From NCBI GenBank assembly GCA_958296045.1, contig CATQHT010000003.1, forward strand, positions 878,028 through 942,027: DNA of 64,000 bases, given 5' to 3'. The notes beneath the pieces were generated by a model, which saw only the letters and a list, made by a program, of their open reading frames with translations, had not been told where the DNA came from and made no database searches. Position 1 is the stretch's first letter. Every line of letters starts with the position of its first letter. Position numbers and translations under genes: made by a program. Source of the stretch: Rhodothermales bacterium (GTDB lineage: Bacteria; Bacteroidota; Rhodothermia; Rhodothermales; Bin80). This document shows positions 58,995 through 64,000 of this stretch, piece by piece.

Positions 58995-59360
58995 CTCTTC
59001 GATTCGCTTCTTCCTCTTGACCACTTTGCCTAGTCGGTGAATGATTCCAGAGGACACAGCCAACCCTATCGACTGATCGAAACCCTCCTTGTCGCGGGTG
59101 CCTACCAGCCCATCCCCCGCTGTTGCAGGTTGTTGATAGCTGACTCGACCGCAGCATGCTGTGGGCGCGCCTTGACGAATGCGGGCTATGACACGAATGC
59201 TGTCGCCAAATCCTCGAAGGTATCGAGAGCCTCCGCCATCGCCGACTGCATCTCCCCCAGCATGTTGGCAGAGTTGACGGGGCTTGTTTTGGCGGTTCCC
59301 AAGAGTTTCCGCGGCAATATTGAGCGCGCAGGCACCGGGAATCAGCTCCCTGCCTCAATC
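58995..59360 (-). mobile_element. ISNCY/IS5-like transposase C-terminal relic
   Basis: Manual translation PAFVKARPQHAAVESAINNLQQRG....DKEGFDQSIGLAVSSGIIHRLG, with stops upstream. Confidence 0.7.
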
Positions 59361-59494
59361 TAAAGTGGTAAGCCATTGGAAGCGTACCACAGGCACGCTT
59401 GAATCCCGCGCGGTGGCCTTCCGCCATCGCAAGTAGAGACTTACTCCGGCTTACTACGCAGTCCATCCAGTCTGAGCACCGCACCGTGCCGCCG

Positions 59495-60631
59495 TCATGA
59501 TCCATGAGGCAGGTCGTGGAACGACTCCCCCGGGATCGGCGCTACGCGGCCCGCCTGCAGGCTGGCGCCCAGCACCATGGTCCGCGCCTCACACCCGAAC
59601 ACCTCGCGGTACCGCTCGGCCACCTCGATGCAAAGCCGTTCTACCGCCGAGGACGCGACTAGGTTGATCGTGCACCCCCCAAAGCCGCCGCCCGTCATCC
59701 GCGCGCCAAGAACGCCAGGCACCTCAAGCGCCGCGTCAACTAGGCAATCCAGCTCTGGACAACTGACCTGATACAGATCGCGCAGGCTCCGATGAGACTG
59801 TACCATCAGCCGGCCAAGAACCTCCCATTCGCACTTTTCCAAGGCTCGCGCAGCAGCAAGCACACGGACATTCTCTCGTACCACATGCGCCGCCCGCATC
59901 CAGTGCATTCCGCCCCCTAGATCCGGCAAATCGCTCTCGCTCGCATCACAGAGGTGACGTAGCTTTGGCCTGCTCTGTTGCAGGCATCTCAGCGCATCCG
60001 CACACTCCTGGCGCCGCTCATTGTAGCCGGTGGCCCCTAGTTTGCGCCTTACACCGCTGTCAATCAGCACAAATTCCACCTCGCCCAACTTCACCGGAAC
60101 ATGGTGCCATTTTAGCCTGCCACAATCAAGCAGCAACGCGTGGCCTGGGCGCGCCAAGAGACATGCCAACGGATCCATGATCCCGCACCTGACCTTCGCC
60201 CACTCATGCTCCACACGCTGCGCACGGAGCGCCATCCCCACAGGCGTCGAACATCCGCTGGCGATGGCATCTACCACCATCCCCGTAGCCACACACAAGG
60301 CGGCAGAACTGCTCAAGCCCGCACCTGACGGAATGTCCCCGCATATATGCAGTGACAATGGGCGCAGCCGCCTGCCCGCTCGCTCCATCTCCTGCAACAT
60401 GCCAGCCACATATGCCGACCACCTCCCATGAGGGGTCGCCTCTGGGCCGCCGCCTGGTAAGACGCTAGTTTCCTCCTGGTAATTCAGGGACAGTGCCCGA
60501 TGGTGCGCACCTACGCGACGACGCGCAGCCACTCCGATCGCGTATCCTGTCGCCATGGGCAGCGCATGCCCCCCATTATAGTCAGTATGCTCTCCAATAA
60601 GGTTGACGCGGCCTGGCGCCTGCACCAGCAT
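59495..60631 (-). CDS. galK: Galactokinase (start uncertain, may extend upstream)
   Basis: APGRVNLIGEHTDYN, PSGAGLSSSAA, CGIMD, YNERR, GARMTGGGFGG. Confidence 0.95.
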   Translation of the reverse strand: MLVQAPGRVNLIGEHTDYNGGHALPMATGYAIGVAARRRVGAHHRALSLNYQEETSVLPGGGPEATPHGRWSAYVAGMLQEMERAGRRLRPLSLHICGDIPSGAGLSSSAALCVATGMVVDAIASGCSTPVGMALRAQRVEHEWAKVRCGIMDPLACLLARPGHALLLDCGRLKWHHVPVKLGEVEFVLIDSGVRRKLGATGYNERRQECADALRCLQQSRPKLRHLCDASESDLPDLGGGMHWMRAAHVVRENVRVLAAARALEKCEWEVLGRLMVQSHRSLRDLYQVSCPELDCLVDAALEVPGVLGARMTGGGFGGCTINLVASSAVERLCIEVAERYREVFGCEARTMVLGASLQAGRVAPIPGESFHDLPHGS

Positions 60632-60783
60632 AATGTCGCCACGCGACTCAGCATCCCCCCTTGCCGATTCCAGCGCTCGTAACGCAGCCTCGCTGACATG
60701 AGGAACACTACAATTGAATGGCCATATCTCCTTCGAGCCGCTCGACCGTTGTAGATTGGGGGATCGCATCAGGACATGCAACA

Positions 60784-61986
60784 ATGGTCGGGACGCCTTT
60801 CTATTCGCGGCAACTGCGGTTGTGCCAGAGCATGCGATGGAAGCTGTGGTCTGGCTTCTACGCAGTCGACAGCTACCTGCTCGAGCATGATCTGGAGTAT
60901 TTTGCTCTGCGCAGCGCCGCAGGGCTGATCGATGTCAGCCCGCTCTGCAAATACCTGGTGCGCGGCCACGACAGCGCCGCGCTGCTGAGCCATATCATGG
61001 TGCGAAACATCGCGAAGCTGGGGGTGGGTCGCGTAGCCTACACCTGCTGGTGTGATGACGCTGGCAAGGTGATCGGCGACGGAACGGTCATGCGGCGAGA
61101 CGAGCATGAGTTTCTGGTAACCACCACCGACCCGTGTTTCAGCTGGCTTTGTCGCTTCTTATACGGGTACTCCGCCCGCGTGCATGATGTCACCGACGAC
61201 CTGGCGGCTCTGGCCTTGCAGGGACCTTACGCACGCGACATCCTTGTCTCTGTTTCAGGCACCGCCATTGGGGACATGCGCTACTTTGCTGCCCGCGACG
61301 TCTTAGTGGCTGGACGACCCATCTGGGTTTCGCGTACGGGATACACCGGTGACCTGGGATACGAGCTGTGGATCCCGCGCGCTGATGCCCTGGACGTATG
61401 GGATGCGCTGCTGACTGCTGGGCAATCGTATGCCCTGAGGCCAGCCGGCCTTATGGCGCTTGATATGTGCCGGATCGAAGCAGGCTACATCCTCAAACAT
61501 GTGGAATATCATAGCGCGCTGCACGCGCTTATCGAGGCCCGCAAGTCGTCGCCCTACGAGATCGGACTGGGCTGGACCGTGCAACTGGATCGATCACCAT
61601 TCGTCGGGCAAAGAGCGCTGCAGCTGGAAGCAAGGACCAGATCACCGTGGAGGCTTGCAGGGCTTGACATCGACTGGAGCGAAACGGAGGCGCTCTATCG
61701 GCGACACGGCCTGCCTCCAGCTCTCTCCACCGAGCCGTGGCGCACCTCCATTCCTGTGTACCGCGATCGCGCACGACAACACCAAGTCGGCTATGCCACA
61801 AGTGGGACCTGGTCTCCGCTGTTGAAGAAAAACATCGCACTCGCTACCCTTCGGACGAACTGCGCTGTACCCGGGACACGGCTCCAGATTGCGATGCAGG
61901 TGGAGCACGAGCGCCACGCCGTTACCGCCACGGTCCATTCGCCGCGTTTCTTCGACCCGGCACGCAAGACCAGCGTTGCGATATGA
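60784..61986 (+). CDS. GcvT-family aminomethyltransferase
   Basis: TPF, DVSPL, LALQGP, SRTGYTGDLGYELW, RIEAG, SGTWSP. Confidence 0.92.
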   Translation: MVGTPFYSRQLRLCQSMRWKLWSGFYAVDSYLLEHDLEYFALRSAAGLIDVSPLCKYLVRGHDSAALLSHIMVRNIAKLGVGRVAYTCWCDDAGKVIGDGTVMRRDEHEFLVTTTDPCFSWLCRFLYGYSARVHDVTDDLAALALQGPYARDILVSVSGTAIGDMRYFAARDVLVAGRPIWVSRTGYTGDLGYELWIPRADALDVWDALLTAGQSYALRPAGLMALDMCRIEAGYILKHVEYHSALHALIEARKSSPYEIGLGWTVQLDRSPFVGQRALQLEARTRSPWRLAGLDIDWSETEALYRRHGLPPALSTEPWRTSIPVYRDRARQHQVGYATSGTWSPLLKKNIALATLRTNCAVPGTRLQIAMQVEHERHAVTATVHSPRFFDPARKTSVAI

Positions 61987-63569
61987 GCTTTGGCCACCGG
62001 TACGATGTCATCGTCATAGGCGCGGGCCATAACGGGCTGATCTGCGCTGCGTACCTGGCAAAAGCCGGGCGACGCGTGCTCGTTCTCGAACGACGCCATG
62101 TGCTGGGAGGCGCTGCGGTGTCCGAAGAGCTGTACCCCGGATTTACGTTCTCTGTCGCTTCCTATGTCGTAAGCCTGTTTCGGCCGCACATTATCCGCGA
62201 CCTTGACTTGGCGCGTCACGGATATCACGTTATTCCGATGGACTGCGCCTTTCAGCCGCTTCCACAAGGCCGTGGCCTGGCGCGCTGGTCCGATCCAGAC
62301 CGAACACGCCGCGAGGTCGCACATTTCAGCCGCCATGACGCGGAGGTGTACCCCGAATTCAGCCTTGCTATGACGCGCATGGGCCTCCTTGCCAAAGCCG
62401 TCATTGACCGCGCACCTCCGGTGCTTGGCTCGCTGCGCCCGTCCAATGTCAGAGCTTGGGCGCGATTGGGCAGAGCATACAGGCATCTTGGTCCGCACCT
62501 GCAGCATGTGGCGCAGAAGCTTTTCACGATGAGTGCTGCGGACTTTTTAGATCTCTGGTTCGAGTCCCCCATCCTGAAGGGACCACTCGCCGCCAGCGGC
62601 ATCATCGGCACCTTCAAAGGTGTTCGCACGCCCGGCACTGCCTACGTTTTGCTTCACCACTACATGGGTGAGATCGATGGCGCGTTTCGCTCCTGGGGGT
62701 TTTCGCGTGGGGGTACCGGAGGCGTCAGTATGGCCTGCGCGCGCGCCGCCTGTGCCTATGGCGCCGAGATTCGCACGGAGGCTTCGGTTTCTAAGGTTCT
62801 GGTGCAAGGTGGACGCGCCAGAGGTGTGGTGCTCGACAACGGCGATGACTTCGAGGCAGAGGTGATCGTCTCCAACCTGGACCCTCGGCGCACCCTGGAG
62901 GGCCTCGTCGGTGCGCCGCACTTGCCTTCCCGCTTGACAGAGCAGCTGCGCCGCTACAAGTACGACGGCAGTTCAGGCAAGGTGAACCTTGCCCTTGATG
63001 GCGTTCCCACCTTCGCGTGCCGGCCCAGCGTGGGAGACCATATGCGCGGAGACATCGTTATCGCACCCGACGTAGACTACCTGGAGCGTGCGTATGACGA
63101 GGCTAAGTATGGTACGTGGTCTTCCCGCCCATTCATCAACGCTGTAATTCCGTCACTGACCGACCCATCTGTGGCACCTCCTGGCAAGCACATTCTCTCT
63201 TGCTTTGTACAGTACGCGCCCTACCATCTGAATCAAGGCACGTGGCAGGAAGAGCGAGACAGGTTCGGCGATGCAGTCGTCGACACACTCGCGTCCTACA
63301 TGCCAGATCTGAAGGACAGGATTCTCTTCCGCCAGGTGCTCACGCCCTGGGACATGGAGCAGCAGTTCGGGCTCACTGAGGGCAACATCTTTCATGGAGA
63401 GCTGAGTCTAGAACAGCTCTTTTTCCAGCGCCCAGTGCCGGGCATGGCGCACTATCGGACGCCCATCGCTAGCCTCTTCTTGTGCGGCTCCGGTACCCAT
63501 CCCGGTGGCGGCATCATGGGTGCCAGCGGCGAACTGGCGGCAAAGACGATCTTGGGTCACCCTACATGA
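61983..63569 (+). CDS. Phytoene desaturase-family (PYROXD2-like) FAD oxidoreductase
   Basis: IGAGHNGL, GGAAVSEE, GGTG, APPGKH, GNIFHGE, GSGTHPGGG; ATGA overlap with the GcvT gene. Confidence 0.92.
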   Translation: MSFGHRYDVIVIGAGHNGLICAAYLAKAGRRVLVLERRHVLGGAAVSEELYPGFTFSVASYVVSLFRPHIIRDLDLARHGYHVIPMDCAFQPLPQGRGLARWSDPDRTRREVAHFSRHDAEVYPEFSLAMTRMGLLAKAVIDRAPPVLGSLRPSNVRAWARLGRAYRHLGPHLQHVAQKLFTMSAADFLDLWFESPILKGPLAASGIIGTFKGVRTPGTAYVLLHHYMGEIDGAFRSWGFSRGGTGGVSMACARAACAYGAEIRTEASVSKVLVQGGRARGVVLDNGDDFEAEVIVSNLDPRRTLEGLVGAPHLPSRLTEQLRRYKYDGSSGKVNLALDGVPTFACRPSVGDHMRGDIVIAPDVDYLERAYDEAKYGTWSSRPFINAVIPSLTDPSVAPPGKHILSCFVQYAPYHLNQGTWQEERDRFGDAVVDTLASYMPDLKDRILFRQVLTPWDMEQQFGLTEGNIFHGELSLEQLFFQRPVPGMAHYRTPIASLFLCGSGTHPGGGIMGASGELAAKTILGHPT

Positions 63570-64000
63570 GCTCTCCCTGGGACACCATAGTGATTGGCGG
63601 TGGCCTAAGCGGCTTGAGCGCCGCTGTAACGCTTGCACGCGCCGATCAGCGTACGTTGCTCCTTGAGCAAAGAGCTGCAACTGGTGGGCTGGCCGCCCCG
63701 GGGCGTTTCGACACGGGTGCGGTGGCGCCACCCGTACGGCAGGATAATGGCATGCTGCCCTTAGGGCTGCTACGTCACCTTCGCCTTGCGAAACACGGGC
63801 TGACGGCAAAACACGCCGTACCCGCTTTGCATGTATTGCTCCAAGAAGGGGGCTGCATCACTGTCCGCTCCAATGCCTCTCAGACGGAGGCATCCATCGC
63901 ACGACACCACGCCGCCGACGCCAAAAACTACCGCCGCTACGCTGGTCTGGCACAGAAGGTGGCACCCGCGCTTGCCCGGCTGCTGCAGCATCCTGGGCCT
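63566..64000 (+). CDS. Second phytoene desaturase-family FAD oxidoreductase (partial)
   Basis: Manual translation MSSPWDTIVIGGGLSGLSAAVTLARA...LLLEQRAATGGLA; ATGA overlap; runs off the window. Confidence 0.8.
   Translation, partial: MSSPWDTIVIGGGLSGLSAAVTLARADQRTLLLEQRAATGGLAAPGRFDTGAVAPPVRQDNGMLPLGLLRHLRLAKHGLTAKHAVPALHVLLQEGGCITVRSNASQTEASIARHHAADAKNYRRYAGLAQKVAPALARLLQHPGP

Noticed and set aside
61737-61982. N-terminal extension of the 610-aa oxidoreductase ORF
   Set aside because: Overlaps the GcvT gene; the Rossmann motif and ATGA overlap indicate a start at 61983.
1-64000. CRISPR array, rRNA or tRNA genes
   Set aside because: No regularly spaced repeats or recognisable structural RNA seen by eye; a covariance-model scan was not possible.

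Overview
GC-rich (~60% by eye) bacterial chromosome segment. Gene content and the IS relics suggest a Rhodothermota/Bacteroidota-like, possibly sponge-associated organism (inference only). The backbone carries housekeeping and metabolic genes: TolB-like lipoprotein, thioredoxin, an arsM/AhpD-like/arsS arsenosugar cluster, two-subunit AcnX, mnmD-like, MntR/DtxR, arginase, a heterodimeric ABC exporter split by rnz, two PVC-type heme proteins, lolA, rlmB, lgt, hisS, rluD, obgE, rnhA, purS, pssA, psd, mtaB, pepP, FKBP, a kinase-M23-PLP lyase fusion, a DapA-family gene, galK, and a GcvT plus two phytoene-desaturase-like oxidoreductases. Three accessory islands interrupt it. (1) ~13.1-21.3 kb: an intact, translationally coupled PHP-ABC-ATPase (Ppl/TrlF-like) + Schlafen/AlbA_2-HATPase pair next to an IS3-family relic. 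(2) ~40.6-43.3 kb: a DUF4338 transposase relic, a small-ORF + ClpP-like SDH protease module, and a truncated group II intron whose 5' end supplies the pssA stop codon. (3) ~52.4-59.5 kb: IS3/IS30/ISNCY relics, a PIN pair, a DUF2971-like gene with one in-frame TGA, and a second diverged copy of the small-ORF + SDH protease module. The best candidates for undescribed systems are the twice-present small-ORF/SDH-protease module and the Ppl-like + Schlafen pair. No tRNA, rRNA or CRISPR array was seen. All family calls are from motif recognition; no database search was run.
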